Position numbers and translations under genes: made by a program. This document shows positions 9,789 to 20,529 of a stretch of 64,000 nucleotides of DNA, one piece after another. The notes beneath the pieces are model-generated. The model saw only the letters and a program-made list of their open reading frames with translations. It had not been told where the DNA came from and made no database searches. Every line of letters starts with the position of its first letter. The first letter of the stretch is position 1. The DNA is from Elusimicrobiota bacterium (GTDB lineage Bacteria; Elusimicrobiota; UBA5214; JBBAAG01), in NCBI GenBank assembly GCA_041658405.1, contig JBBAAG010000002.1, positions 453-64,452 on the forward strand, read 5' to 3'.

Positions 9789-10981
9789 TGAATATACTCG
9801 AAGTTTATCATGCAGGGATAGAAAACCTTTTATTAAACCGTATACGCAGTTTCTTGTCATTACTCGGTGTGATCATCGGTGTTGCGGGCGTTGTTGCGGT
9901 GGTGACTGTCGGGGACGGGGGTAAAGAAAAAATCCGTGAGTTCGTAAAACTTATGGGTACCGATACGTTTCGTATAGAATCGCTGGAATATATTACGGGT
10001 AAGCCGCAGAGTAAGTATAACCTTATCCGTATGACGGATGACGATTTTGGTGCGATAAAAAGGTATTGTTCCGCAGTTGCAGAGATCACAGAAGTAATAC
10101 CGTTAATATTGAGTGCTCCGGCGGATAATGTTGTAATTGAATGTTCAGGTGTTACACCGAGTTACCGCCAGATCGCGCATGCACGCGTGCTTGAGGGTAG
10201 GTTTATTAATGAAGTTGACCTACGTGAACGCCGCGCGGTGTGTGTATTGGAAGACAGCCCGTTATTAATAAAAACGTTAGGTAAAAACCCGCGGGTAGGT
10301 GAGTTTGTGACTTTTGGGATGGATAGGTTTGAAGTCATAGGAAAAGTTAAACGCCAGAGGCTTATCTTCGAACGCGAGAACGTAGTTGAACTTTTTGTTC
10401 CTCAAACCCTGGCAAATGATAGAACCGGGTATTCAATGTTTGGCGAAGTGTTTGTCCAGGCGGTTTCACAATCAGCGGTACCGCTTGCGATGAGGCAGGT
10501 ACGCGAGATGCTGAAATCGCGGTACGGCGGGCTGGAATATTTTCAGCCTATGGCACATAGCGCGTTATTGAAGGAAGGGTTGAAACAAATTAATTCATCA
10601 ACAATGGTGATGACTGGTATAGCGTTATTGTCACTTATTGTCGGGGGTATTGGTATTATGAATGTTATGCTGGTGACTGTGAAAGAACGCACCCGCGAGA
10701 TTGGCGTGCGTAAAGCTATCGGCGCGACAAGCAGGGATATATTGCTGCAATTCATACTTGAATCTTCTATTTTATGTATTATCGGCGGGCTCGCTGGAAT
10801 TATTTTCGGTATATTAGTATCGTTTTATATTGTTCCCTTCCTGGATGTGCCTTTTGTGATATCGATACGGTCAATCGCAGTGGGGTTTGTGTTCTCAGTT
10901 GTGGTAGGTATTTTCTCCGGGACATATCCTGCGGTACAGGCAAGTAAACTTCAGCCAGTAGAGGCGTTGCGTCATGAATGA
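9788..10981 (+). CDS. MacB/FtsX-like ABC transporter permease
   Basis: N-terminal TM, a periplasmic MacB_PCD-like domain, and a C-terminal FtsX 3-TM region (GGIGIMNVMLVTVKERTREIGVRKAIGA). Confidence 0.75.
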   Translation: MNILEVYHAGIENLLLNRIRSFLSLLGVIIGVAGVVAVVTVGDGGKEKIREFVKLMGTDTFRIESLEYITGKPQSKYNLIRMTDDDFGAIKRYCSAVAEITEVIPLILSAPADNVVIECSGVTPSYRQIAHARVLEGRFINEVDLRERRAVCVLEDSPLLIKTLGKNPRVGEFVTFGMDRFEVIGKVKRQRLIFERENVVELFVPQTLANDRTGYSMFGEVFVQAVSQSAVPLAMRQVREMLKSRYGGLEYFQPMAHSALLKEGLKQINSSTMVMTGIALLSLIVGGIGIMNVMLVTVKERTREIGVRKAIGATSRDILLQFILESSILCIIGGLAGIIFGILVSFYIVPFLDVPFVISIRSIAVGFVFSVVVGIFSGTYPAVQASKLQPVEALRHE

Positions 10982-11651
10982 TAATACGGTATTAAAAACT
11001 TGTGATATAAAAAAATCGTTTCAGCTTGGTAAACTGGTGATTGAAGTTCTACACGGGGTTAATATTGAAATCACCCGTGGCGAGATGGTGGCGTTAATGG
11101 GCCCTTCCGGTGCAGGGAAAACTACTTTACTTGGCATACTTGGCTGTCTTGACAAACCAACTGAGGGTAAGGTGTTGATTGAAGGGGTGGATGTAACTAA
11201 TTATAACGACTATGAACTTGCGCAGTTGAGAAATAAAAAAATAGGATTCGTATTTCAAACATTTAACCTCATACAATTTTATAACGCACGGTATAACGTA
11301 GAACTCCCGCTTTTTTATTCGGGTATTACACAGGAAGAACGCAGTGCACGGGCAATAACCGCGCTTGAGCGTGTAGGGTTAGAGCATCGCGTTAACCACC
11401 GCCCAAATGAACTTTCCGGAGGTGAACAACAGCGGGTAGCAATCGCACGGGCAATTATTAATACCCCGCCGATACTTATTGCGGATGAACCCACGGGTAA
11501 TCTGGATACGCATACGGGTGAGGAGATACTAAAAATATTTAATGCTTTGCATGAACAAGGGACTACTATTATACTGGTAACGCATAACGAAGAAATTGGT
11601 AAAGTCGCACAACGGATAATACGTTTACGTGATGGAAATTTGGTAAAATAG
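10974..11651 (+). CDS. ABC transporter ATP-binding protein (MacB/LolD-like)
   Basis: Walker [10 protein letters not shown], signature [14 protein letters not shown], Walker [13 protein letters not shown]. Confidence 0.85.
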   Translation: MNDNTVLKTCDIKKSFQLGKLVIEVLHGVNIEITRGEMVALMGPSGAGKTTLLGILGCLDKPTEGKVLIEGVDVTNYNDYELAQLRNKKIGFVFQTFNLIQFYNARYNVELPLFYSGITQEERSARAITALERVGLEHRVNHRPNELSGGEQQRVAIARAIINTPPILIADEPTGNLDTHTGEEILKIFNALHEQGTTIILVTHNEEIGKVAQRIIRLRDGNLVK

Positions 11652-11694
11652 ATATTCGAAGTATTTTTATCAGTAATAAGGAGTTTAGAGGGTT

Positions 11695-13278
11695 ATGGAA
11701 GAAAAAAAAGGGTTGTTTAATACAAAAACTGTTATTGCTATAGGGTGTATTGTCTTAGCTACGGGGCTTGTGTGGAGCGTAAGTTCAAAAAAAGTGTATT
11801 TACACAACGCTATTCTCGCATCTAATTCATCTCTGCCTTCACCTTCGGCCGAGGTGTTGAACCTCCAGGATTCATTCGCTGCAGTAGCGGAACACGTAAA
11901 ACCCGCGGTGGTAAATATTTCCACACTGCAGATAGTGGAACGCGAATTTCCGTCAGAATTCTATTTTGGGGATCCATTTGAAGATTTCTTTAATGACTTT
12001 TTTGGGGCACCGTACCCTCAGCAACGCAGGCAGCAGTATCCTAACCGCCAGCAGCAACAACGGCCGAGTGCAAAAAAGTATAAACGCCCCTCAGGTACCG
12101 GCAGCGGGGTTATCATTGATAAGGAAGGGTATATCCTCACGAATGAGCATGTTGTGCGGGATGCAAATGAAATTAAAGTTACCCTCGCGGGTGATGATTC
12201 AAAATCCTATACCGGCAAAGTTGTGGGTAAAGATGCCCGGACCGATCTTGCAATAATTAAAATTACGCGTCCCGGAGGGTTCCCATCAGTAACACTCGGT
12301 GATTCTGATAAAGTGCGGGTGGGTGACTGGGCAGTTGCTATCGGCAGCCCGTTTGGGTTGGAACAAACCGTTACTGCCGGTATAATCTCAGCTGTCCGGC
12401 AGTCGTTGGAGATTGAGAACAAGGAGTATAAAGACTTGTTCCAGACAGATGCTGCAATTAATCCTGGTAATTCCGGCGGCCCGCTGGTGAATATCCGTGG
12501 AGATGTTATTGGTATCAACACCGCGATTTATGCTCCGACCGGCGTATTTTCAGGGATAGGTTTTGCGATACCTATTAACCGTGCGAAAGAAGTTTTGGAT
12601 GACCTTATACATAAAGGCAAAGTTGTGCGCGGGTATATGGGTATCGGGATACAGGAAGTAAGCCCGGCTATACGTAAACAATTTGGCATCCCCGCGGATG
12701 CCGGTGTTTTGATAAATAATGTTATGCCGAATACACCGGCGGAGAAAGCCGGGATCCAGCGGGGCGATGTCATACTTAAGTATAACGGTAAAACTGTAAA
12801 GACCGCGCGTGAACTCCAGCAAGAGGTAGCCACTACAAATCCTAAGCAAAAAGTGCCGGTTGAACTTTTGCGTGATGGAAAAAAGGTTAATACCACAATC
12901 GAACTTATGGAAATGCCGAGTGAAGAAGAACTTGCCGGGCAGCAGAGCGATGAAAATACCGGGGATACCGGTAAGATTACCGGAGAAAAGTTTGTGTGGA
13001 AAGGTTTGACTGTTATTAATACCAGTAAAAAAATAGCGGAACAATATGGTTTACCGGCAGATATGCCCGGAGTGATAGTTATAGACGTTGAGCAGGGAAG
13101 CGCAGTGGATGATGTTGGCCTTGATGAAGGCGATCTTATTCTTTCAGTGAACCGTATGAAGGCCAGGAATATTAATGAATTTGAATCTGCTGTAAAAAAA
13201 GTTAATTTAACCGACGGTGTGGTGTTTGACATTAACCGACAGGGACAGTTATTATATATAAGTTATTCAGGTGAATAA
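11695..13278 (+). CDS. HtrA/DegP-family periplasmic serine protease with two PDZ domains
   Basis: Catalytic His in ILTNEHVV, Asp in TDLAIIKI, Ser in GNSGGPL. There are two PDZ-like regions. Confidence 0.85.
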   Translation: MEEKKGLFNTKTVIAIGCIVLATGLVWSVSSKKVYLHNAILASNSSLPSPSAEVLNLQDSFAAVAEHVKPAVVNISTLQIVEREFPSEFYFGDPFEDFFNDFFGAPYPQQRRQQYPNRQQQQRPSAKKYKRPSGTGSGVIIDKEGYILTNEHVVRDANEIKVTLAGDDSKSYTGKVVGKDARTDLAIIKITRPGGFPSVTLGDSDKVRVGDWAVAIGSPFGLEQTVTAGIISAVRQSLEIENKEYKDLFQTDAAINPGNSGGPLVNIRGDVIGINTAIYAPTGVFSGIGFAIPINRAKEVLDDLIHKGKVVRGYMGIGIQEVSPAIRKQFGIPADAGVLINNVMPNTPAEKAGIQRGDVILKYNGKTVKTARELQQEVATTNPKQKVPVELLRDGKKVNTTIELMEMPSEEELAGQQSDENTGDTGKITGEKFVWKGLTVINTSKKIAEQYGLPADMPGVIVIDVEQGSAVDDVGLDEGDLILSVNRMKARNINEFESAVKKVNLTDGVVFDINRQGQLLYISYSGE

Positions 13279-13315
13279 TGTTGTGTTAATACAGGGATAG
13301 GGGTGCAAAGAGTAT

Positions 13316-14227
13316 ATGCCAAAAGTATTGTTAGCTGATGACGACGCAGAAATCCTGGAATTACTGACGTACTCGTTTCAGATGGAAAACTATGAGGTGG
13401 TAACTGCGATTGACGGTGAGGAAGCAGTAAAAAAAGCTACCGCAGAACTGCCGGATCTTATTGTATTAGACGTAATGATGCCGCGGAAGACCGGGTTTGA
13501 AGCACTGGAACAGATACGCAGTTACCCTGCGACAATGCTGACTCCCGTGATTATGCTTACGTCAATGTCACAATTGAAAGACCGCCTTACCGGCATAAAA
13601 CTCGGTGCGGATGAGTATCTTCCAAAACCTATAGAACCTTATGAACTTATTGCCCGTGCGGAACGTTTGCTTGAACGCACAAAAGCCGCGTTAGCAATGA
13701 GCCCGTTAACAGGTTTACCGAGTAATGCTAATGCAGAGGCTGAGATAAAGAAACGGTTGGATGAAGCACACGAATTTGCGTTGGTGTACCTTGACCTTAA
13801 ACGTTTTGGCAGTTATAACAAAGTTTATGGTTATGAGATGGGAGACAATATTATCCGCCTTCTTGGGATAATAACGCGTTCCGCGGTGAAAGAAATTGGT
13901 TCTCCGACGGATATGGTTGCGCATCTCGGTAGCGATGATTTTATGATTATCACGACCACGCCTAACCTGCAGCCGTTATGTGAAACAATAGCGCAAAATT
14001 TTCAAAGCCTGTCCGGAACTTCGTACTCGAAGGAAGACCAGCAGAGAGGATATTTTATCCTAAGAACCGATGCGGGAACTCAGGAACAGATGCCGTTGAT
14101 AACGCTTGCCATAGGTGCAACGTTAATCCCAGCGGGGACAAAACATTTTGTTGAAGCTATTGATAAAGTAAAAAAGTGCTGGCAGGAAGCTAAACAAACC
14201 GTTCAGGATCATGTGGTTGTCAAGTAA
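13316..14227 (+). CDS. response regulator: REC plus a degenerate GGDEF domain (GSDDF)
   Basis: REC with DDD and a LDVMMP phospho-Asp. The GGDEF-like domain (LTGLP..., YLDLKRFGSYN) reads HLGSDDF in place of RxGGDEF. Confidence 0.7.
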   Translation: MPKVLLADDDAEILELLTYSFQMENYEVVTAIDGEEAVKKATAELPDLIVLDVMMPRKTGFEALEQIRSYPATMLTPVIMLTSMSQLKDRLTGIKLGADEYLPKPIEPYELIARAERLLERTKAALAMSPLTGLPSNANAEAEIKKRLDEAHEFALVYLDLKRFGSYNKVYGYEMGDNIIRLLGIITRSAVKEIGSPTDMVAHLGSDDFMIITTTPNLQPLCETIAQNFQSLSGTSYSKEDQQRGYFILRTDAGTQEQMPLITLAIGATLIPAGTKHFVEAIDKVKKCWQEAKQTVQDHVVVK

Positions 14228-16001
14228 ACATCAGCATTAATACGTAACCGATAACAGCTATAGCGCCTAAACTAGTGAAGAAAGTTGTCCAGGAAAAACC
14301 TTTAGGCTTAGTATCCTTACTTTTTGTGAATTTTTTATCCTCACCTGTTTTTGTTGTGTCTGATGCCTGAACTGTTGCCGTGCTGAATTCAATCCCGGGT
14401 TTAAGGGCTTCAATTTTTTGGCCTGAAGCCGCGCTGTAGGATTTTGTTATATTACGTATGATCTTAGTTTCATTACCTGCTCCATCCCGGGTGATAAAGC
14501 TTAATACGTGCTTACCGTCAGGTAATAACCTGGCGGTTTCAAACCGTCCTTCATAATCGTGATTTACTAAGTTACCGTTTAATCTTAATTCTGCGCCTTT
14601 CTCCATCCGTCCTTTTATATACAAAAATTCGTCTTTAATCACAGCATTATCTGCCGGCGCATCAATCTCCAGCATCGGAGGTTTAGTGTCAATTATGTAC
14701 GCCTGAGGCATACCAAAGTCACTTTCGAATCCTACAGCGTCAACCACAGCTGCACGCCAGTAATACTTACCGTCGGGTAAAGCGCGTTTGAGGTCAACAT
14801 TTTTGCCTAGTTCTCCTACCTCATCAACTATGGTATTCAAAAACTTTTCATCGGTAGCGATTTGCAGCCGGTATTCTTTTAAACTGATATTCCGCGAAAG
14901 AAGATTAGTTTTTTGCCCGGCCTGTACAGGCTGAGGTACCGTGGGTTGCTGTGGTTGTTTTTCCTGTTGCTGTTGAACCGCTGATTTATCTGGTTGTATA
15001 ATAACATTACTCTTTATGCTTTGTTGAGTGCTTACATTTTTGCCATTAGTTAAATCAGGCTGCTGCTGCGGTGTTCCTGATGGATTGTAAACAAACTCGT
15101 TTTCTTTCGGCATCTCCAATACAATTTGTCCGGCATCCATTTTCATTTTTGGGGCAAGCTGCTGCGGTACGGATGTAAATTCATCAGGGAAACGTGCGTC
15201 ATACTTTATCTGCCCGGTAGTCATTGTCATTAAAGGAGGCAGCGCTACCGGCATAGACGGTGCCTGCATATATTTAACTTCAGTACCAAACCCTTCCGGC
15301 AAAGTTATGGTCTTGCCTTGTGCCGTAACTTCAGCTTCGCCTTTATAAACTGCCACTAGAGTTGTATTATCTGCTTTCACTTTTGTGCGGATATCCGGGA
15401 TTACGCCTCCTTTTGCCGTGATCTTTGGTAATATAACAGTTGATTTTGTCATTACCTTAGAACGTCCCGTCCGTATTTCACCGAGGACAAGTTCAATTTC
15501 TTCACGTTTAATTTCCGGGCGGAGAATTACCATTGAGTTTTCGTTTATTTTTAATATTTCACCGCTATAAAACTTTATCTGTCCATACGAACCCATACCG
15601 GTCTTCACACCGTCTTCGTTATACAATGCGGCGTTCAACGGCGCTTTGTTCCAGGTTACCGCGTTTTTTTTGCGGTATTGCACATTATTTATTAAATTAA
15701 CAAGAAAAGCTGCACGCAAGTTTTCTTTTATTAACAATATAGGTACGCGGATTCTCATGCCGGGTAGGACAGTGTTAGGGTCGTTAGCCGGGAAGTTTTT
15801 GTTGTACCTAAGGATTTCGTTCCATTTAGTAGGGTCTTTGAGGTAATAGTTTGCTACACTCCATAACGTTTCACCGGGCTTGATTACGATATCCTGAAAA
15901 ATAGTGTCTTCCCCCGGTGCGGAAATGACTGCGGGAATACAAAATAGTGATAATATTATGAGGATTACAGCAGAATTAATAATTTTATGCTGTAACATCA
16001 T
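14220..16001 (-). CDS. LysM-domain protein with a Q/P-rich linker and C-terminal TM anchor
   Basis: Signal peptide, a LysM motif (DIVIKPGETLWSVANYYLKDPTKWNEILRYN), and a C-terminal hydrophobic helix. It overlaps the upstream histidine kinase gene by 4 bp. Confidence 0.6.
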   Translation of the reverse strand: MMLQHKIINSAVILIILSLFCIPAVISAPGEDTIFQDIVIKPGETLWSVANYYLKDPTKWNEILRYNKNFPANDPNTVLPGMRIRVPILLIKENLRAAFLVNLINNVQYRKKNAVTWNKAPLNAALYNEDGVKTGMGSYGQIKFYSGEILKINENSMVILRPEIKREEIELVLGEIRTGRSKVMTKSTVILPKITAKGGVIPDIRTKVKADNTTLVAVYKGEAEVTAQGKTITLPEGFGTEVKYMQAPSMPVALPPLMTMTTGQIKYDARFPDEFTSVPQQLAPKMKMDAGQIVLEMPKENEFVYNPSGTPQQQPDLTNGKNVSTQQSIKSNVIIQPDKSAVQQQQEKQPQQPTVPQPVQAGQKTNLLSRNISLKEYRLQIATDEKFLNTIVDEVGELGKNVDLKRALPDGKYYWRAAVVDAVGFESDFGMPQAYIIDTKPPMLEIDAPADNAVIKDEFLYIKGRMEKGAELRLNGNLVNHDYEGRFETARLLPDGKHVLSFITRDGAGNETKIIRNITKSYSAASGQKIEALKPGIEFSTATVQASDTTKTGEDKKFTKSKDTKPKGFSWTTFFTSLGAIAVIGYVLMLMFT

Positions 16002-18250
16002 TCTTTATCCTTGTTTGCATTCAGAATAACGACCTCGCTTTTATCATTCAATCCTATATTTTTAGGGATAGTAAATTTGAATGTTGATCCTTCTCCTACC
16101 TTGGACTCAACCCATATTTTCCCGCGGTGTCCCTCCACTGCATAACGGCAGACGGTAAGCCCGATACCCGTACCGCCCCGAGCTTGTTTACCCGGTACTT
16201 GCTGAAACTTTTCAAATATTTTATCTAATGCATCTTCGGGTATACCTTCACCGGTGTCACGGATCCAGCATAGGATTTGCTCAGGTTCGTCTACTATGCC
16301 TAATTCAATCTCGCCATCCTGCGGGGTGAATTTAACAGCGTTACCGACAAGATTTATAAATACGCGTTCGATTAAGTCGCCGTCGCACATAAAAGCGTTC
16401 ATTGTTTCCGGGACCGTCAGTATCAACTTAATTCCTCTGCGGTCGGCTAACGGGCGCTGGATTTCAATCACGCGTTCGCTTATCTCACGGATGTTATGTG
16501 TAGACAGTTCAATCTTCATTTTCCCGGATTCCATCTTTGCAACGTCAAGTATGTCGTTTATCATAGTCAGTAACCGTGACGATGCGCGGTCCATTGTCTG
16601 TAACATCTTCAACTGTTGTTCTGTCACCGGGCCGCCTACGCCGTCCAATAAAAACTTTAGGAACCCGCGGATTGATGTCATAGGATTACGGAGGTCATGC
16701 GTTATGGAATGCACAAAATCGTCTTTCATTTGTTCAATTTCTTTTTCCAGGGTAATATCATGGAATACCTGTAACAATCCAAGGTCGGAACCGGTCAGTG
16801 TGCGGATGTCTTGTCCCTGAAGTTGATAATACAGTGTCCTGGTTTCTTTTGGCAGCTTGATTTCTGTGATGTACGACTCATGTTTTCCTTCCAATAACGG
16901 TTCTACCTGTAGTCTAAGCTCGTTGTTAAGGTAGTTAATAAACTTTTTGCCTTCCCACCCTGTGTCTTCGATACCAAAAATATCTTTTGCCCGTTTATTT
17001 ACCAGAATAATTTTGCCGCTATGGTCTGTTAGAACAATTCCTTCCGCAATGGAAAACACAATGGCTTCTGTCTTAGCTTTCTCAGCAAGCAGTTTATCTA
17101 ATTGCATATCCGCATATTCTTTTAACCGGTTAACCATCAGATTAAACGTATTCGCTAGGTCGGCTAGTTCGTCTTTTGTCCCGATTTGTACTTGATGAGT
17201 AAAATCACCGGCCGCAACTTTACGTGCGCCCTTGATAAGTTCAAATACGGGACTGCTTAACCCGCGGGCGGTGAGGAACGCAACGATTGAGGCGGATAAT
17301 AGCGCCAGGATAAACCATAAATACGCGCGATTACGCATCTGGATCACCGCAGCAAAAGCTTCATTCCTGGATTGCTGCACCATAACTGCCCAGCGAAGGC
17401 CATGGGTTTCTGTCATTGCGTATGCACCAACAACGTCGGTGCCTTTGAGGTCTTTAAACTCGCCACTGCGGGTAACGACTGCGATCCGTGATGCTGAAAC
17501 AGTTCCGGTACTTACGTTTTGAGTGGCGGACATATCCGTCACAAGTTTTTGTATGATATTCATACCACGTAACGATTGACGGGAATACATTATTTTTTCG
17601 TCCGGGTGTATCAGCGCACAGCCTTGGTCGTCAGTAACAAATACATACCCTGTCTGCCCTAGGTTTACCCTGTCACGTATAGTTAATACTTTGTTCCATA
17701 AGTTCTCAAGCGAGCTTGTGACATATATATAATGCTGTCCTGTAAACGGGATAACTACGTCGATTACCGGGATCGTGCTTTTAAAATGCACGGTTCCCAC
17801 CTGCGCTTTCTTTGTGCGTTTTGCGCGGATAAATGCCGGGTCATTCAAATAATTCTCAAGTTTTGGTTTTTTTATGATATCTGGGTTATATGCTTTTATG
17901 ATCTCGTCACCTTGTTCATCAACAAGCGCGGTATTGACAATATCGGGGTTGGAGTCAACAAACGCTACAAGCCGTGATTGGCGTTCATCCCATGTGATCC
18001 CGGGTTGCTGCTGGGTTAGAAGAATGAAATTCAGTTTTGTGAACAGGTTGTCTATATCCTGACGGATATTATCCGCAACAGTACTTGCAACCTGGATGTA
18101 TAACTCAAGCGTTACTGTCTGAACACTCGTACGGTTGATGTTTATCAGCTGCATACCGGTGAAAACTAACGGTATGATTGTGACAAGTATCATTATTACT
18201 GCAATTTTAGGGAAAAGTTTTAGTCTTATATCTTTCCCGAAAAGTTTCAT
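15998..18250 (-). CDS. sensor histidine kinase (periplasmic sensor, HAMP, PAS, HisKA, HATPase_c)
   Basis: H-box HDLRNPMTSIRGF, N box, and G1/G2 (IRDTGEGIP, GGTGIGL). Two TM segments flank an extracytoplasmic domain of about 270 aa. Confidence 0.85.
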   Translation of the reverse strand: MKLFGKDIRLKLFPKIAVIMILVTIIPLVFTGMQLININRTSVQTVTLELYIQVASTVADNIRQDIDNLFTKLNFILLTQQQPGITWDERQSRLVAFVDSNPDIVNTALVDEQGDEIIKAYNPDIIKKPKLENYLNDPAFIRAKRTKKAQVGTVHFKSTIPVIDVVIPFTGQHYIYVTSSLENLWNKVLTIRDRVNLGQTGYVFVTDDQGCALIHPDEKIMYSRQSLRGMNIIQKLVTDMSATQNVSTGTVSASRIAVVTRSGEFKDLKGTDVVGAYAMTETHGLRWAVMVQQSRNEAFAAVIQMRNRAYLWFILALLSASIVAFLTARGLSSPVFELIKGARKVAAGDFTHQVQIGTKDELADLANTFNLMVNRLKEYADMQLDKLLAEKAKTEAIVFSIAEGIVLTDHSGKIILVNKRAKDIFGIEDTGWEGKKFINYLNNELRLQVEPLLEGKHESYITEIKLPKETRTLYYQLQGQDIRTLTGSDLGLLQVFHDITLEKEIEQMKDDFVHSITHDLRNPMTSIRGFLKFLLDGVGGPVTEQQLKMLQTMDRASSRLLTMINDILDVAKMESGKMKIELSTHNIREISERVIEIQRPLADRRGIKLILTVPETMNAFMCDGDLIERVFINLVGNAVKFTPQDGEIELGIVDEPEQILCWIRDTGEGIPEDALDKIFEKFQQVPGKQARGGTGIGLTVCRYAVEGHRGKIWVESKVGEGSTFKFTIPKNIGLNDKSEVVILNANKDKE

Positions 18251-18429
18251 TTATTATTTTTCCCTATGTTTTCAAATTAATGTTGTTGCTTGCACCTAAA
18301 AAAATTGTAGATATATATCAATATTAAGTCAACTGTTAATGTATTCACAATATCAATGTTCATTTAGTATACTTTACAAAGGAATGTTGTGAGTTGATAA
18401 AAATGAAGGTATACAGTAAGGTTTAATAA

Positions 18430-18795
18430 ATGAAAACTATACTAATCGCTGATGATGACCGTTTGATTGTTGAAACATTAAACGCAATATTGACAGAAGC
18501 AGGGTACAATATTATTACTGCGTATGACGGTGAAGAAGCGTTATCTAAGATTATTAAACACACACCAGGCCTTGTTATACTGGACATAAACATGCCGAAG
18601 ATGAACGGTTACGATGTTATCACAGAAATAAAGAATCGCGTGGTGCCTATGCCCAAAACTATTATTTTGACGGTACGGGATACTATGCCGGAACAGGCGC
18701 TTGGAACAATTATTGGTGCTGATCTTTACCTCACTAAACCATTTAAAAACGCGGAACTCCGCGATAAAGTGCAGCAGTTATTGCCAAATGACTAA
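18430..18795 (+). CDS. single-domain CheY-like response regulator
   Basis: DDD, LDINMP and a conserved Lys in TKP. There is no output domain. Confidence 0.8.
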   Translation: MKTILIADDDRLIVETLNAILTEAGYNIITAYDGEEALSKIIKHTPGLVILDINMPKMNGYDVITEIKNRVVPMPKTIILTVRDTMPEQALGTIIGADLYLTKPFKNAELRDKVQQLLPND

Positions 18796-19798
18796 CCTCA
18801 AAACAAAAATTAAGTTATGGCTGACATACGACGCTAAATCCGCATATCCTATTCCTCCGGAGAACGCAGAGGATCTTTATGCTGAATTTGACAGCGATGT
18901 TACAATAGGATACGTTTCATCCGCAATTACACGTAATGGTTATCAACTAACAAAAGTAGGGAATTATACGCAGTTAATGAAGTATCTTCGGAAATATGAT
19001 ACTTCCAACGTTTTAGTGTTCAACCTGTGTGAATGCCTGTATGGCCGAGGGAGGGAAGCTCTGGTCCCGGCTTTATTGGATCATTATAACGTAAAGTATA
19101 TCGGCAGTGATCCTGTCACCATGTGTACCACACTGGATAAAGTTACTGCAAAAAAGGTTGTTGCGTACCACGGGATTAAAACCCCTGATTTTTGTGAGAT
19201 AAATACTATGAATGATTCCGAACGCTGTGCATTAAAGTTTCCGGTAATCCTTAAACTGCGGTGTGAAGGTACTTCCAAGGGCATAGATACCGGTTCTGTT
19301 GTATACACCCGCAGTGCATTGGTTAAACGTACACGTGAACTTATGCGCCGTTATCCCGGTACGCAGATGATAGCGGAAAAATTTCTTACCGGTATGGAGT
19401 TTACCGTTGGAGTGACGGGTAATGCTGTGCCGGAAGCGTTACCGCCTGTACAGGTGATTATCGACGGGAAAAGTGTTTTGGGTGATAAGGTTTATACTTA
19501 TGACATGGTAGCAAACCCCGGGGTTGATTACCTGTGCCCGGTTAAGGCTGGGCCTAAGTTATTGCACAAACTTAGTGTTATGGCAATAGATGCGTATAAA
19601 GCGTTGGAATGCCGTGATTTCGGGCGGATAGATATACGTACTGACTTTGAGGGCGTACCGTATTTTTTGGAATGTAATCCCTTACCGTCACTCACGGAAA
19701 ACGATATCTGGCCGCTGGCGGCTGAAGCAGCGGGGATGAGTTATGACAAGATTATCGGTAAAATTATCCGTTTAGCTGAACTTCGGTATGGATTATGA
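18788..19798 (+). CDS. ATP-grasp enzyme of the D-alanine--D-alanine ligase (Ddl) family
   Basis: C-terminal ATP-grasp motifs (EKFLTGMEFTVGV, FGRIDIRTDFEGVPYFLECNPLPSL). The start overlaps the response-regulator stop by 8 bp. Confidence 0.65.
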   Translation: MTNLKTKIKLWLTYDAKSAYPIPPENAEDLYAEFDSDVTIGYVSSAITRNGYQLTKVGNYTQLMKYLRKYDTSNVLVFNLCECLYGRGREALVPALLDHYNVKYIGSDPVTMCTTLDKVTAKKVVAYHGIKTPDFCEINTMNDSERCALKFPVILKLRCEGTSKGIDTGSVVYTRSALVKRTRELMRRYPGTQMIAEKFLTGMEFTVGVTGNAVPEALPPVQVIIDGKSVLGDKVYTYDMVANPGVDYLCPVKAGPKLLHKLSVMAIDAYKALECRDFGRIDIRTDFEGVPYFLECNPLPSLTENDIWPLAAEAAGMSYDKIIGKIIRLAELRYGL

Positions 19799-19922
19799 TG
19801 ATAATGATAAAGTATTTGAATTGGGAATAAGTATTGGTGTATAATAGCGGTTGAATTGAGCTATTCGCTACAGTAAACTTTAAATAGTGTCAACATAAAC
19901 GTTAAAAGGAGAAAAAGTTGTT

Positions 19923-20513
19923 ATGAAAAAGTTGTTAGTAACATTCCTGGCGGTAACGGTTGCTTTAGTATTGTATTCATGCGATAAGAAAGTAAACGCA
20001 CCCGCAGCGCCGGAACAGCCGAAGGTAGAACAACCCTCAACACCGTCAGTAAGTACGGTGGTTGAAAAAAAACTGGGTACAGAGTTAGGCAAAGCGCCGG
20101 AATATGAAGTAACGCTTCTTGATGGCAGTAAACTTTCATCCAAGAGTTTGGCAGGTAAAATTGTAGTTATCGACTTCTGGGCAACCTGGTGCGGCCCGTG
20201 CCGTATGGAAATCCCGTGGTTTATTAACTTATATAAAAAGTACAAAGATCAAAATGTTGTTATCCTGGGAATTTCGCTTGACCGCGCAGGGAAGACGGTA
20301 GTAGAAAAGTTTTGTAAAGATACCAGCGTTAATTATCCTATAGCAATTGATGAGAACCAGGTCGTTACCAACGCATTCGGCAAAATATTCGGTCAAATAA
20401 GCGGGATACCAACAACGTTTGTTATCGACCAGGCGGGTATGGTAAGAAGTAAACACGTAGGGGTAACACAGGAAGCTCAGTTTGATTCCGAAATCAGCGC
20501 GTTGTTAAAATAA
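19923..20513 (+). CDS. TlpA/ResA-like thiol-disulfide oxidoreductase lipoprotein
   Basis: Lipoprotein signal (LVLYSC) and a thioredoxin fold with WCGPC. Confidence 0.75.
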   Translation: MKKLLVTFLAVTVALVLYSCDKKVNAPAAPEQPKVEQPSTPSVSTVVEKKLGTELGKAPEYEVTLLDGSKLSSKSLAGKIVVIDFWATWCGPCRMEIPWFINLYKKYKDQNVVILGISLDRAGKTVVEKFCKDTSVNYPIAIDENQVVTNAFGKIFGQISGIPTTFVIDQAGMVRSKHVGVTQEAQFDSEISALLK

Positions 20514-20529
20514 GAAATCAGAAAATACT

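Noticed and set aside
19799-19815. GATAATGATAAAG resembling a Fur-box half-site upstream of the tlpA-like gene
   Set aside because: It is only a partial match, formed by the ddl stop-codon region (TGATGATAATGATAA). A single half-site is insufficient.
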